The translations under genes and the position numbers were made by a program. 64,000 bases of DNA from assembly GCF_037042905.1 (NCBI RefSeq), contig NC_087245.1, positions 8,620,001 through 8,684,000 on the forward strand, given 5' to 3'. Below are positions 27,306 to 40,741 of this stretch, one piece after another (positions within the stretch are counted from its first letter, which is position 1; every line of letters starts with the position of its first letter). Below the pieces are notes generated by a model. That model saw only the letters and a program-made list of their open reading frames with translations. It did not search any database and was not told the DNA's origin. This stretch comes from Lytechinus pictus (Eukaryota).

Positions 27306-28383
27306 CTGGAATAGACAACACATAAACACAAAATTACTTTAAAATGTTTGGCATAAACAGACATATCAGTACAATGATGGCTATAAGACAGTTGATTTCT
27401 CAACCTGAGATATGCAAGGATATATTTTTCCAAAAAATCATAAAGCTCAACAGACAATATAAGGAAATAATCGCAGCTTTCTTCCCTATATGGACTATTC
27501 TATTCATAGCCATTTCTCAATCTCAGACTACCAATGCCCTATAACAGGGTAGTCCTTTTAAGGAAACTAAATATCACTATTGTTTTCATCTTTGAGAACA
27601 ATAAAACAGGATATGGTCTGCTGATTTGAAGTGACCATTCATTCTTAATAAAAATGGCTGTGTTAATTGTTGACATTGTGCATGACAATCATGGGGGGGG
27701 GGGGGAGAAGAGTACCAAGAGAAGATACTTTGTAAAGGGATAATAGATAAAAGAAACAATGGAGAGGTCCTGGATCTATCAGACATGGACATGTAAATAT
27801 AGCAGCTCTATGCATATAAGGATCCCTGAATTTGGTATATTACAGTTTGCTCCTTGTATCTCTACATTCAGCTTATCCCTTCATCTCTTACAGTCTAATT
27901 AACCATTACTTTCTCTATATTTCAATACCTTGTTTAATATAAGTATATTCTTATTTTTAATCTATCCTCTTCCTGCCAATCTATCAAAGGGACAACAAAC
28001 TCATAACAAAATGAATTGCCTGCCATATAACATTGTATATTAGGATAGTCTTAATACATATAACCCTTCATCAATCAATAAGATATTGTACGCATATTCA
28101 TTAAAAAAATATGATGTCTATTTGATCTCTAATTTAAAGAAATAGGAATGTCTAGGTGCATACCAAAAAAAAAACCTTTTTATTTCTTGGCAAAATCAGT
28201 GACATGAATGATGTAAATTATATTGGAAAGAAATTATTTATCAATTTAGTAAGCATATGTTATATAAGACTACATATAAAAAATCTTGCATCAAGATGTA
28301 GGGTTGCTATGTGTTGTTTAGGTTGAGATGGTGGCATTCAAAGTTGATGTGGCATAGTAAGTTTAAATCGGTCTGTTACTTAC

Positions 28384-28556
28384 TCTCCTCCACCAATGCA
28401 CACACAGTCCAGGTCCCCCTTCATAAAGAAGTTATTTTCACCAGTCCACTTGTACAATTCAAGCTCCTCATCTTTGAACTTATAGAGGAAGCTCTCTCCA
28501 GTGCCATAGTAATGATCACTGACTTTCAGAGCACAGGAGGTCAAAGCACCAAACAC
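28384..28556 (-). CDS. OXR1: TLDc domain exon (VFGALTSCALKVSDHYYGTGESFLY..WTGENNFFMKGD..IGGG)
   Basis: Canonical TLDc 'YGTGE.F' and 'WTG.N.FF.KG' motifs; phase 0-2. Confidence 0.96.
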
Positions 28557-29352
28557 CTGAAGATCAAACATTATGGATATTACAAGGTCATCATTGATTT
28601 GTACTTATAGGTTAACACTGCCCACAAGACAAGTTTTTTTAATGTTCACTAAAAAGGGAGGGGGTTGATTTATTGCAAGGCCATTAAGACCATGCCCTTC
28701 GATGACCTAATGATTGACCTCAATGTCCCTCTCATTGGTATTGGATATATTTGCACTGTTATAATAATAATAGCGATATCTTATTGAGCGCACACACCGT
28801 CCAGAGACGCTCATGGCGCTTGCGCAGGAACAGTTCCTTTGGATATTAATATTTTATACATATAAACAACTAAAAAATATAGACATAAATAATGTCATAT
28901 AGAAATGTGCCCTATCAAAAATTGGTGATGCCTTAAAACTTGATATTGAATGCCTGGAATATTGAGAATTCAAGACGCAAGTAAGATCTGAGTCGAAGTG
29001 GATAGAATTTCATTGCATGATGCTCTTCAAATCATATTCCCTACATGTAGCATAAATACTGTTAGCATGGTAAATTCATGATTATATCCCTTTTAATCTA
29101 GCTCCTTACCAGTGCAAGAGAATCAATTCTGTATCTCCCACAGCAATACACATATTTAGATTGTTGCTTCCCATCCAACTACAAATGTATAATAATAAGA
29201 TAACCATCAAATATTACATGTATCGTTTCGAGACCTTTATAAACGATCTCAGATGTTCTCCTACATGGGTAGATGAAGACACATATCACTTAACTACATA
29301 TAACTCTTCCCTATCCTCCATCCTACACCTACCACTTAAGAAGGGTACTTAC

Positions 29353-29505
29353 ATGTCCTTCCGAGTCCCTGAGTATAAGAAGTATAGGGCTCTCCCAATT
29401 AGCCATATTACGGTATAGACTGTGTAGACTGTAACCATGGCTAGCCGTGCTAAAGATTAGAAACCAGCTGTACCCCTCCGTCCTTGGAGGAAGGTTCTTT
29501 GAAAG
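29353..29505 (-). CDS. OXR1: TLDc domain exon (LSKNLPPRTEGYSWFLIFSTASHGYSLHSLYR..ILRDSEGH)
   Basis: Canonical TLDc 'LPPR..GY.W.L..ST..HG.SL..LYR'; 153 nt. Confidence 0.96.
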
Positions 29506-29956
29506 CTGAAACATTTCAAACAATGAAATGGATGATTACGATGGATTTCAATGAACATCATACCAATAATGCCTTATCTTATCAGAGATGAACTCCATCA
29601 AATTTGAGCCTATCACAATGTTGGATGATTGATAAGCAGTGAATCCATACACACAACAAAGTGCCTAATATACTTTATGATTTATAAATCTATAAATTGC
29701 AATCATATCTCATCGATGCTGAGCTCCATTAAAAATGTGCCTTTGGTGGTTTGGGAAATTCTATAATAACTGTGCTTTGATAAACACAACAAACTTCCTA
29801 TGCATATGCACTTAATAAGAGTTTTATAATCTTAAGTGAATTGCAGAATGCCAAAGTACTTCACAACAAAACCTTTGATTAAATCTAACAATATGAAAAA
29901 TCTTAAGACACATTTTTGCTGACAACTCTTGTGTTGTTTAAAATGACAATTGTTAC

Positions 29957-30076
29957 CTTTCTAACATGATCATTACTAAGAAGATTGCTCTCTCCAACAA
30001 GCTCAGGTAAAGGAAGGTTCATCTCACACTCTAAGATGGTCATCCGACGTTTACTTGCCTCTTCTCGGCTAATAAT
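29957..30076 (-). CDS. OXR1: OXR1/NCOA7 exon (IISREEASKRRMTILECEMNLPLPELVGESNLLSNDHVRK)
   Basis: ttcag acceptor, gtaac donor, 120 nt, phase 0-0. Start of TLDc ('P.L...S.LL'). Confidence 0.92.
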
Positions 30077-31630
30077 CTGAAATCAATAGAATCAGTTGGT
30101 GTCAAATAACCACTCATCATTTTGAGGTTACAATCTGAATCTTTTAAGCTACATGTATTCAACATGAACTCCAAATCTTGCACTTTTGAAAGTAACTGGT
30201 TATTAAGGTGGATGGAATTCCATCTTTTGATTTCAAGCAGTGTACATACAACTGTGTGAAAAAAAGTAATTGTGAATAAAATACCTTTGCAACTTTTTTG
30301 TGAGAACATTATCAATTCACCAAGAAACTTCTCTCTCAGTATCACATACTGCGAGAAGACATGATGCAAAGCTATATATGGAAATAAACATACAAAACTG
30401 AACACAGCACCAGAGTCAAACCTAACTGTCGGGTTAGCAATGCAGTTATATATCACAGGCAATCTGTGTACTTCTTTCCTTTTTATGACTTTTTACAGGT
30501 TCCTATAAAAATGGCTCCAGCCTGAATCAATTCCATTTTCAAGTACAGTACTCTTCATTTACACTTGCAAACAAAAGGGAGTAAGATCAGATTCTTAATA
30601 AAAAAAAAATGTATTGTCAGATGTTGTTTCACTCAGAGACACATGGCCTCAAGTGTATTAATCTGTCAGAAATTAAAAGATAGGCCACCTTGTTCATCAT
30701 ATCCTAACCAAACAACACTGGCAATATTAGTGTTATATGGGGCTGAAACTATTATCAAATTAAGTTTCAAGTTGTCCACTCTTCACTATTTTTCATTCAT
30801 AGAAAAAGTGTATTATTTCATATTACATAATGTATGAATCATAAGGAATACCCGGTACACATTTTCATTTCAATTGAGTAGTCTACAGGAAAAGGGAATA
30901 CACCGTACATGCACATCACAATTTAATCAATTTTCATCTTCCCATCTGAATCAATTTTGTTTTTCAAGTACGGTACATGATTTTCTAAAATACATTTCCT
31001 AATTGATTACCAACCGAATTAAACAAAATGATAACATTTCATAATGAAATCATCAGTATAAGTTTTGTATAATCTGTATAATTTCTTATTAGAGAATCAG
31101 AGATTTGTCGGTTATGCCCTTTTGGGAGCACAAGTGTCTCAATCTGCTCATATCAAAACACTTCTACTGTACTTTATAGCACATGCCTATTAGAGAGAGT
31201 GATACCGTTTTCCATTGAATCATTACAGCACATTGATTTGTCTGATGGTTAAATCAATACTGCTCTATTACTACCCCATGCAATCCAGCTGTTAAGACCT
31301 GTCAATTACAATGTAATATCTTGTATCACATGAAATGCTTTCATCTAGAAGATAGGTAACCTAGGATAACTATGTTCTAAGATTTTTTATTGAATGATAT
31401 CAGTCATAAAATGTTAGAAATGAATCTTTAAAACTCCTATAAAAGTTTAACAGGTACAAACATATTTACCTAATTTGAGAGATCCTTTCCATATCACAAA
31501 TCAATGCAGTCAAAGATAGTTGTTTTATTTTTTCCCCATGGGTGGGGGGGGGGGGAGGAGTTGGAGGGGATGGGAGGGGGAGGGTGGGAATTGACATATT
31601 ATTTATCATAAATAGTAATTTCTTTTGAGA

Positions 31631-32018
31631 CAGTGTTTCCACAGATCCAAAATAAATTTCCTGAAACTGAATCCCAAATTTCCAGAATTCATAGACATTT
31701 CCTGGAATTTTCAAGTATGATTACAAAAAATTGAGCAATTAATACTAACAAGCCTGAATTTGGTCCATGTGACCCAAATCAAAGAATTAGCATATTTTTG
31801 TCCACGTCCTCTTTAGAAAAAGGAACAAAATTACAAAATGCGAACAGAAAATTTTGAGCTATGTATCAAGGTAAACAATTCTTTAAATGTAACATGAATA
31901 TTAAAAGTTGCTACGTTTAATTGTAATTTTTGGATTTCCTGGATTTCTTTTTTATTTTCCAAACCTTTCCTGGAAAAAGTCAAAATTTCCAGAAATTTTG
32001 GGAAGAGTGGAAACACTG
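31631..32018. mobile_element. hAT-like MITE
   Basis: Perfect 12-bp TIR CAGTGTTTCCAC/GTGGAAACACTG; subterminal tttcc(t/a)g repeats; degenerate TSD (tt/gg)TTGAGA. Confidence 0.75.
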
Positions 32019-32056
32019 GGTTGAGAGGAAAAACACACATTCCTTACACAGTACAA

Positions 32057-32322
32057 CAGAGGCGTAATGAACCCAAAAGTTTGAGAGGGTCATTGGGGCA
32101 AAATTTCTCAGAAGCTGCCAGTGTGAGAAGTGGATGAGCAAAAATTTTGACCTTTATATTACCAAAATCTAATTTTGAGATTTTGGCATACTCTTCAGAA
32201 TATATTTCACCGTTTCCCTTTCCTTTTCTAACCTTCCCCCGTCTTTTTTTCTCGGTTGAGAAACTGTTTGGTTGGGAATCTTTTTTGTGGGGTGGGGCAT
32301 GCCCCCAATATGTACGCCAGTG
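32057..32322. mobile_element. hAT-like MITE, same family as 9110-9361
   Basis: CAGAGGCGTA...TACGCCAGTG, TSD CAGTACAA/CAGTACAG, homologous interior. Confidence 0.8.
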
Positions 32323-32366
32323 CAGTACAGGATAAATAAGAGACTTTAATATGACAATCTACTTAC

Positions 32367-32411
32367 CAAATCGCCAATTTTAGCCATACATAATTTTTTC
32401 ATAAATCTCAT
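32367..32411 (-). CDS. OXR1: Candidate alternative first coding exon of a short TLDc-only isoform (MRFMKKLCMAKIGDL)
   Basis: ATG preceded by an in-frame stop, 15 codons, then a perfect gtaagt donor in phase 0, matching the exon that starts at 30076. Confidence 0.5.
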
Positions 32412-32594
32412 CTTTCAAGCAACCACAACATTCTTATTCCTTGTTCATCTTCTTTCAAACTTTCACCATTTTTCTGATTTTACTTCTCTCACACAAATCA
32501 TTATTTTATCAAAAATTATTACCACAGATATATTATTACAGATATCATAGATATTGTCATAGCATTACTTTACATAGTCTGTTGGTTTCCTTAC

Positions 32595-32760
32595 CTCCCA
32601 GTCTTTATGGATTGGTTCTTTAAAGAAATCCTCGATCAGTTCAATCTCCTCATCCTCATTCGATTCCTGGACCACAACAAAACCAAGTTCACTCGGAGAC
32701 ACCTCCTTGCCATAGACGTCCGGAGACCACTGAAGGAAAAAGGCATACAGATTGTCTGCC
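32595..32760 (-). CDS. OXR1: OXR1/NCOA7 exon (ADNLYAFFLQWSPDVYGKE..GFVVV..PIHKDWE)
   Basis: Family motif 'D.LY.FF.QWSP..YG'; phase 2-0. Confidence 0.93.
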
Positions 32761-33279
32761 CTGGAGAAGACAGGAATGATAATAGAGAGTAAGTGCATTC
32801 ATCTCACTCTTTTTTAATTACATTTCAGGTCAAACACAGTCGTATATGATTCACAAGAAAACTTGATCATTGTTTGTTAGGAATGTATAGAATCTAAACA
32901 AGGAATACACTTGCAAGTATATGATTACAACTATTTGTTGAGAAAGCTAAAATAGGATAGTTGGGGCCTTTTTTCATCTCAAATGCATTAAGACAAAAGT
33001 GTCAGTTGAGGAAGTCGAAATTCAATATACAGATGTGTAAGGAGACACCATTACTACTGTTACAAATTAAATTTTCTCTCCCATATCAGTTTTTTTTTAT
33101 ATCTAACCTTCTCCTCAACGATTCTGAACTCTTTCCTATTGGACAACACAAAGTGTTTGTACAGTAATACAAATCAAAACATCCTCAGAGATACAGTAAC
33201 AACATCTTATGAAGGAGAGCAACTATTGCACAATGAAGTAAAAGTTATATCGATCCATGAATTTTCTCACTATACTTAC

Positions 33280-33436
33280 TTGACTCTAGGTATAGCAAAC
33301 CAGTACTCTGGAACCTTGTTCTTCTTAAACCGGTGCTCTTGTCTTGCTGAGAAGGTCTTCTGCATTGGTTTCTTAGTCCGCAGACAGAGGTAGAGTGGTG
33401 GGTCCTCATATGCCTGAGCTCGCTTTGGCAAAAATT
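33280..33436 (-). CDS. OXR1: OXR1/NCOA7 exon (EFLPKRAQAYEDPPLYLCLR..KVPEYWFAIPRV)
   Basis: Family motif 'PEYWFA.P'; AG/GT, phase 1-2. Confidence 0.92.
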
Positions 33437-34398
33437 CTGTACACAAATAAACAAAAACAAAAAAAGGAAAATGGTAATGGTCATCATGTTGAGCAAAGAG
33501 AAGAGTATAAGAGATAGGAGTATGAATGTCAAATAGAACAAATGGAAATAAGTTTCTATTAAAAAGGGGAAAACAAAATAAATCAATCAAGGAATACAAA
33601 AAGGGAAGTATGATTTCTAACTGACTATTCCCCTCTTAAAAACATATGACATTGAAGGCATACATACATGCACATGCATACCACTGAGATACTGTATGTC
33701 AATGCTAATGCTTTCAAATAGAGAACTTGAGAATGATGATTCTAAGCACCATTTGAAGACATTGAAACTTTTGAGACATTTCCTATTTTTGAGCAAGCGC
33801 CATGAGTGACCAGCAGAGATGGATACCGGTGCTATATATATAAGAACTTATCATCATCATCATCAATACCATCATCATCATCATCTTGTACAGTGTACAA
33901 GCTGGACATTTAAGTACATGTACTTCTCTGTGATATTATTTGGATTATGACCCATGTCATTACTGATGAGTACATGTTACAACAGGGAAAAAAAATCACT
34001 GCTCCCCAATCCCAGTTCTACAATTGTAAGAAAATATGAAAAACTTGTAGTTCTTATTTGAAGGAATCTGCAATTGTGAAGATGAAATGAATTCCCAGAG
34101 ACAAAAAGTAACAGATGAAAAAGTGTGATTATGCATCAATGAAAAAGTGTGAACTTCAGTGTTTTGTATGATTCCCTCGTTGTATTCTATTCAAATGTCA
34201 TCTGTATATTTGATTTCACAGCTTTTCTACACCAACAGACACATCACATATCAAACAAGAGACATGCATGAGCATTGTACTGTTTTGATGGTCTGCAGTA
34301 AATATTATTTATCGAATGACATTCTATAAATGTTTAAAATAAGAGTAACCAATGATATATTATGTGGTTGTATAAACAATTATGGCTTTGGTGGGTAT

Positions 34399-35444
34399 AA
34401 CCACAGCTGTCAGACTTATACCCCGTCTTAACAGACACTTTCTGACTGCCCTACCCTGATAAAAGCAGAGCGAAAGAAATCCCCCCTTTCTGTTAAGACG
34501 CTCCCACTGGGAGAAAAGCAGGACTGTGTCAGGAAGGATTTTTCAAAATTTCGGCCTGCTCAGACCAGGGTGGAAGCGAGGTAGAAAAACAACTCTACCC
34601 TGATAACGCCGGGATGCATGTTCTGTTAAGACGCGATCGGGGTGCAGTCTGTCTGAAAAGCTCTCCCCCTCTCCCATTCCTTTCTCCTTTTCTCTATTCC
34701 TCATTTTCTCTCCTCTTCATTTCCCTTCTCTTTTTCGTTCTCTCTCTTAAGCATGTTTCTTCTTTTCTCTCTATCCTCTTCCTTTTCTCTCCTCTCTCAT
34801 TTCTCTTTTTCATTTTACCCCTCTTTTATCTCCTTTCTCCTTTCCCTTCTCTCCCCTTTTTTATCTTTCCTTTTTTTATTTCATATCTCCCTTTCCCTCA
34901 TTTCCTCTTCCCTTCCTTATCATTTTTCTTCCCTTTACCCCCACCTTTCCTTTCCTCTCGTTTCGTCCCTTCCTTTTCACGCCCCCTTTCTATTCCCTTC
35001 TCCTTTTCTTTCCCTTACTTTCGTCCTCTATTCTTTCTCTCCCTCTCCCCTTTTCTTTTCTCTCCCTCTCCCTTTCTCTTCTCCTTTTCTCTCTCTCTTA
35101 TCTTCCTTTCTTTCCCCTACCCCTTCCATGTCTTTATTCTTATTTTCTCTTTTTCCTTCCTTTTCTTTCCCATCTTACATTCCTTCCTTTTCCTTCTCTT
35201 TTTCTCCATCCCCCTTTCCTTTCCCCTCTCCCTTCCTTTCTTTTCCTTCACTTTTTTTCTTGTTTCCTCTTTTCTTTCCTCCTCTTCTTTCGTTTACTTT
35301 TCCCCTTTTCCTTCCTTTAGTACTCCTTCTGTCTGTCTCTTTTCTTGGAGGGGGGGGGGGCATTCATTACCATGGAAACTTTACCAGGGTAGGATTTTAA
35401 GTGAGTGTCTGTTAAGACTTGCAAGGAGGCTACCACCTGTGGTT
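34399..35444. mobile_element. TIR element enclosing a ~690-bp polypyrimidine tract
   Basis: aaccacag.tg..gtcttaacagacact at the left, agtgtctgttaagac..ca.ctgtggtt at the right; CT-rich tract at 34660-35345. Confidence 0.65.
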
Positions 35445-38400
35445 TTATCGCCTCATTGAGGAATTCCATCCCCCTTTTTCTACCTGCCCTCTAGCAGGGC
35501 ACTGCATATCCCTGGTCCACAATCCACATGTTTATCATTATAGGAATTCATGAAGGGGATTCTTTGCAGTACAGGCTAATGGTATCATACATGTATGTGA
35601 GATGTGCAAACTACATGCAGGATTTCTAAAAATGCCGTACTACTACTAGTGCTACATGTACATGTACATAGTCATAGTATGAAATTGTTGGAGGCACTGC
35701 ATGTAGTTTGCACATATCTTACATAGTCTGCTGTTGACCATACATCAAGCACGTATGTACCAGAAAAAAGAAAACTGCCCTCACCATGGGACTGGGAACG
35801 ACTTTTTAAAGAGAAGGTGCTGGTTTGTTGAAATAATAAATTTGACAAGCCCCCCCCCCCCCCCCCCGGAAAAAACAGTTTTTTGCAACCCTGAACAAAT
35901 CTTGGAGGGGGGGGGGAGGTGTTTTAGAGCACCCAAACTTCCCTGGGCCATGCCTGTCCCAGTTTTGAATATGAATTTAAATAAAATAATGGGAATTACC
36001 AACATATGCACCTTTTGTCTATGTTTTCTTTAATAGAACAAAACAACTTTGATTATATAGAAGACCCAAATAGTATGTGACACAAATTGTTTTCTACAGT
36101 ATGCTAAAGGCTATACTTTTAAATAATAATCCCATTCTCAATCTCAATTAAAGAAAACACTAGTTTTCGGCTAGTAATACAGTATGATAAAATTAATCTT
36201 AAATTGGCTTAATACACAAGGCATCACATCTCATATACAAAAGGAATTTATGAGAAAATCATTCAAAGAAAGGAGGAATATATGATACTCTTGCTTGTTA
36301 AAGCAGGCCCACAAACTGAAAGATGCAGAAGGATAAAACCAACAAAAATTCAACTTACCATTGACTAATGCAGAAAACTACCAGAGATAACCATCAGAAC
36401 TTCTACATGTACACTACAGCCATTCATTAGCACACAACCATGTGACCACATTCCAATAAAATCAGTACATTTCACTCAACAGATAAACACACATCTGCCA
36501 GGCTCCTTCTCAAGTTGCTCGGACCTCTAGACATCAATATTGACGTTTTTTTTATCGTCAACGGTGTTGTCTTTCAAACAAAAATCTCTTTCACTCAATA
36601 CTTTAAATGAGGCTTAATTAAAAAAGCTCTGATACATTTCACTGCAGCATTACTGTGTAAACAAAAGACACATAAAACACTATCAATATACACTTGCACT
36701 AGTATAGGAGGAAAACAAAGACATGCAGGTCTTTTGTTGAATAAGTTCAGGGACAAAAAAAGCAACAGCTGTCAATACGTACATGTAGCTGTGCCGAATG
36801 TGAATGCAATATAATGAAGTCAGATTGTGGGAAATGACAGGAAGACCTGTAATATAAATCCAATCTATTTTCTATTGTTTTGAAGAATATTATTTAGTCA
36901 CATAATGTGTCAATATTGCTCTGAAGAAATATTGCCATTGTACCATAGGAATTCAATCAAATTTAGCAACAAAACAGAAATTTAAAAGTAGAGAGACAGA
37001 CGAACAACCCAGTGACAATCTTCTCAGTACACTCTTAACCAGACTATGCTGAGAGAATGGCATATCAGAGGAAAGGGAAGATCAAAATGTTGGTCTGAAT
37101 ACAAATGCTTAAGACAGAAAGAAATGGGGGGATGGTCATCACGGCTCGAGAGACCGTCTTAAGTGGGAAATTGCTGACTGAAGTAGATGAAGATGATGAT
37201 TTCTGACAACACAATTTTCTACGCACAAAAAAATGTGTCTGGCACATCCTTTACCTCAAGACCAATGTGTGTGATTGGTTTAAAACTGTATTGTTTGATC
37301 CACAACATTTGCAATAGATGATCGCTTGACTGACCATACACAAAATCCAAAACATACCAGGGATTCAAACTTTGTTTGGCAGTGGTACTATGTGTATCCA
37401 ACTTGTCCCAAGAGCGCAGTTTAAAACTGATGAAGTAGTTTGATCTGCCTGCCTGCCCACCCAAGCATACACTTAAATTCCAACATGTATGTTCATGTAT
37501 ATTCCCCTTAAAACACAATTAAAATCAAAGCTAAAAAAAATTATGGTTGTACTTTGAAAAGAATTACATGTATTGCACATCCGAGATTATTTCCTTCATT
37601 CTCCACTCTTGCCTGATCATGTTAAAGCTGAATATTGTCATTGAAATATATATCCTGCATAGCGAAAATCCATAATGTCCTTGTTTGGAAAATGCAATAC
37701 TTCATCAACAAGCCCAGTAATACCTTACTTTTCATAATCCTTTATTGTGAGGCAATGATAATTATCTCGGAAAATCTCATTTTTAAGCTGTCATTTATTG
37801 CAAAACTAGCCTCAGCTCAGCCAATCAACTGAACAAATCCATCTTCAAACCCTAATCAAATACTTTTTAAATAATTGTCTGAACATGAAAACTGTATGCA
37901 ACACGTCAAGTTGTTCATTCCAATCATAATCTAAACAGTGTGTTAAAAGAAAAACCACATAATCTTGACCTGGCATCGAGACTTGACTGTAACCTACTCA
38001 GCGATTATTTTGACATTACTGGTTCTCAATCCAAGTTTTGGATATCCTGCCCACTATGCTATGAAACACTTCTGCCTCATGTATTCCAATCATCACTCCA
38101 TTAAATTATGAGTAGTTTGCCACATTCATCCATTGATTATGTCTTTGCCATGTATTAATTGATTCCATCAACTTTTAACAGCCTTGGGAAAATGTTTTGT
38201 TTTGTAAATCTGTATGCATGCCTCAATCATTTGAAGACATACAAGATAATTTTCTTTTTTTTCCTGATCATAACATTCACTTTGTAATGTATGCCTATAT
38301 ACAGTGTACATGTATTGTGATGATATTCTACACTATGAGGAATGGGATAGCAAAACAGTATAGAGTGAGTTTGCCTCTCAGTATGAAACGTAAATCATTC

Positions 38401-39500
38401 CTCAATCGCACCAAGATTGTGGGTTAAAAACTCACTTTTTAGGAAGACTGTTGTGAGTTAATTTTGTTTTATACATTACACATAATGCCCCTACGAAAGG
38501 ATGTAAAATGCACATCCCAGATCAGTTGTAGCAAAGTGAGATCAAGACCATAGAAATTCAGGTGGTTCTTTATCATCATGGAAAATATAATGCAAAGCTA
38601 CATACCCAACAATGACAATGCACAGGAAAATATATCAAGAGAATTTTCTCTTGATAACAACAATTACAAACATTGATAGTTGAATCATCCACAATAAATT
38701 CCTCTTGAATAAACAAGACAAAGGTCTAATACGATATCACCAGCTATAATAGCTAACATAAGTTGTATGTCATGGATTTGGGCTGAAAACATTGAAATTT
38801 GAGTTTGAGACCAACAATCAGAGGTCTTGTCATGCTTTATAGTGCTCTGCATCACATGTGGACAAGCCTTCTTCACACTGGTGAATCAATAGGGAAGTAC
38901 ATCCTACCACAAAGTCAATTTAATAAACAATTAAAAAAAAAGGCACAATGAAAGTTTGAAAAAATCTATGTTCTATGCACTTTAATATTTTATAATTTGT
39001 ACATGCATATTCATGTGATTTATTGTGATGTGTCACAAGCAAACAGCTCTCCTACCCTGTATGCAGTTTTCTCAGATAATTTGAAAATGATATTTTTTAA
39101 CACATTAAATCATCAGGCACATTACTTCTTCATCCATGGTTCTAAGAGAAATATTTAAAGGCATCAAGAGCCATTATTTTGAATGGGAACTTTTGAATGA
39201 CATGCGGTTCAGCTGTCCACATGTGATATTGCAAAACCAAACCTTTAATGATTCATGGTATTCTGTAGGCACTAAATGTTTCTGTTCTTTTATTGTTTTT
39301 TTTTTTTTTGGGGGGGGAGGTCAACCCTTTAATTAAATGCAACTTGATGTCAAGGTGGACTTCCTCTTTAATGATAGAATATGCTGAGTAAATTGTTTAG
39401 GTGACCCTGAAAACCCAAGCTAACATGAGCAACCATTACATATTTTAATTATGCAAAATGGGGTGTCCTGCAGTTAATCTTGTGTTTCCACTAGTCTTAC

Positions 39501-40741
39501 CTCTGAAATTGGTCCTGTTGTACTCCAGCTCTCTGGTTGGTGGTTTGTTGACTGGGATGCCTGCTGACTTCTCTCCAATACCTCCATCAGGAGCATCCTC
39601 TGCACCAGGGGTGTTGTTGTTGGACTCTCCATTGACCTTGACCTCTTGCTTATCCTCATCAGGGGACTTATCATCAGATAGTTGACGTATAAGCTCACCT
39701 TCTTCCTTGATCTCCTTGAGGACTTCTTCATCCTTGACATGGATACATTCCTTGAGGTCAGGCACCAAGGAACACTTCCTGCAGTCAGTCACAAAAAGCC
39801 CAGATGAAAAGTCTACAAAGTTCTGCTTGTCTTCCACTTCCTCTTTGGTATCCTGTGAGTTGTCAGGGTCTTTGCACTTAGCAGGGCATTCATCATCTAC
39901 ACTTGTTCTATGATCAGTGTCTGAAGAACCCTTTTCACAGGCCTGTTCAGATTTAGAGTCATTTGCTCTATCAGGTGTCTCGGCAGGAGAAGCAGCCGGT
40001 TCCTCAATCTTATCGTCACTGCTGTTAAGGAGCATTTCAATCTCCTGCAGCCGCTCATCCATTTCTTTGTCCACTGGTTCCAAGGACTTCTCAGAGTCCT
40101 GAGATTCCATTCTTGAAATTCCTACTTCCTCAGCACCCTCCTTTCCTTCCATACCTTCCACTGTATCCCCACTCTCATCTTCACTGCCATTATCTGTTCT
40201 CTTTGCTGCTTTGGTGGAGAGTTCATCCTCAGCAGCATGGTCAGAAAACCTCTTCATTCCTTGATCACTTTCTGATGGTGACTGCAATCTTTCATATCCC
40301 ATGGACGTTGGACATATCACTTCTTTATTATCACTCTGTTCTCTCTGGATGTCACACTGAGAATCACCAACAAACCCTTCATCTTGTGCATCATCATCAA
40401 CAACATTTTCACTCTCCTTTGGTTTTTGACAGTCCTCCATGTTAACTGTTTTTAATTTGGTAACATTGTCTAGTTCGGCACCATTGCCTTTTTCCCCATC
40501 CTCAGTTCTTTCACTCTTGTCTGCTGATTGCTCATCTACAGGAGCTTCTTGAGATGTGTCTTTGGAATGATTATCATTGCGTTTCTCCGGAGAGTAATTA
40601 CTGCATCCAGTCAATCTCTTCCTGATGTCCTGAGCCAGGAAGATGCCATTCTTTCCCTCTTGTGATGAGTTGTTTATTCCTTCTGGTCCAGATCCTTTAT
40701 CTGGCACATATACTGGACAGCACGGTTTCTCTTTATCAGAA
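39501..40741 (-). CDS. OXR1: OXR1/NCOA7 large acidic, low-complexity central exon (~413 aa)
   Basis: Overlaps the 420-aa ORF 39445..40707. tttag acceptor at 40743-40742 and gtaag donor at 39500; phase 2-1 joins both neighbours in frame. Confidence 0.9.

Noticed and set aside
31470..31492. MERISQI + gtaaat as another OXR1 alternative first exon
   Set aside because: The donor is phase 2, incompatible with the phase 0 exon at 30076.
34614..35459. 281-aa and 215-aa F/L/S/P-rich ORFs
   Set aside because: Artefacts of the polypyrimidine tract, which lacks stop codons; no domain signal.
39445..40707. 420-aa ORF as a standalone gene
   Set aside because: It starts at GTG and is bounded by in-phase splice sites; it is an internal OXR1/NCOA7 exon.
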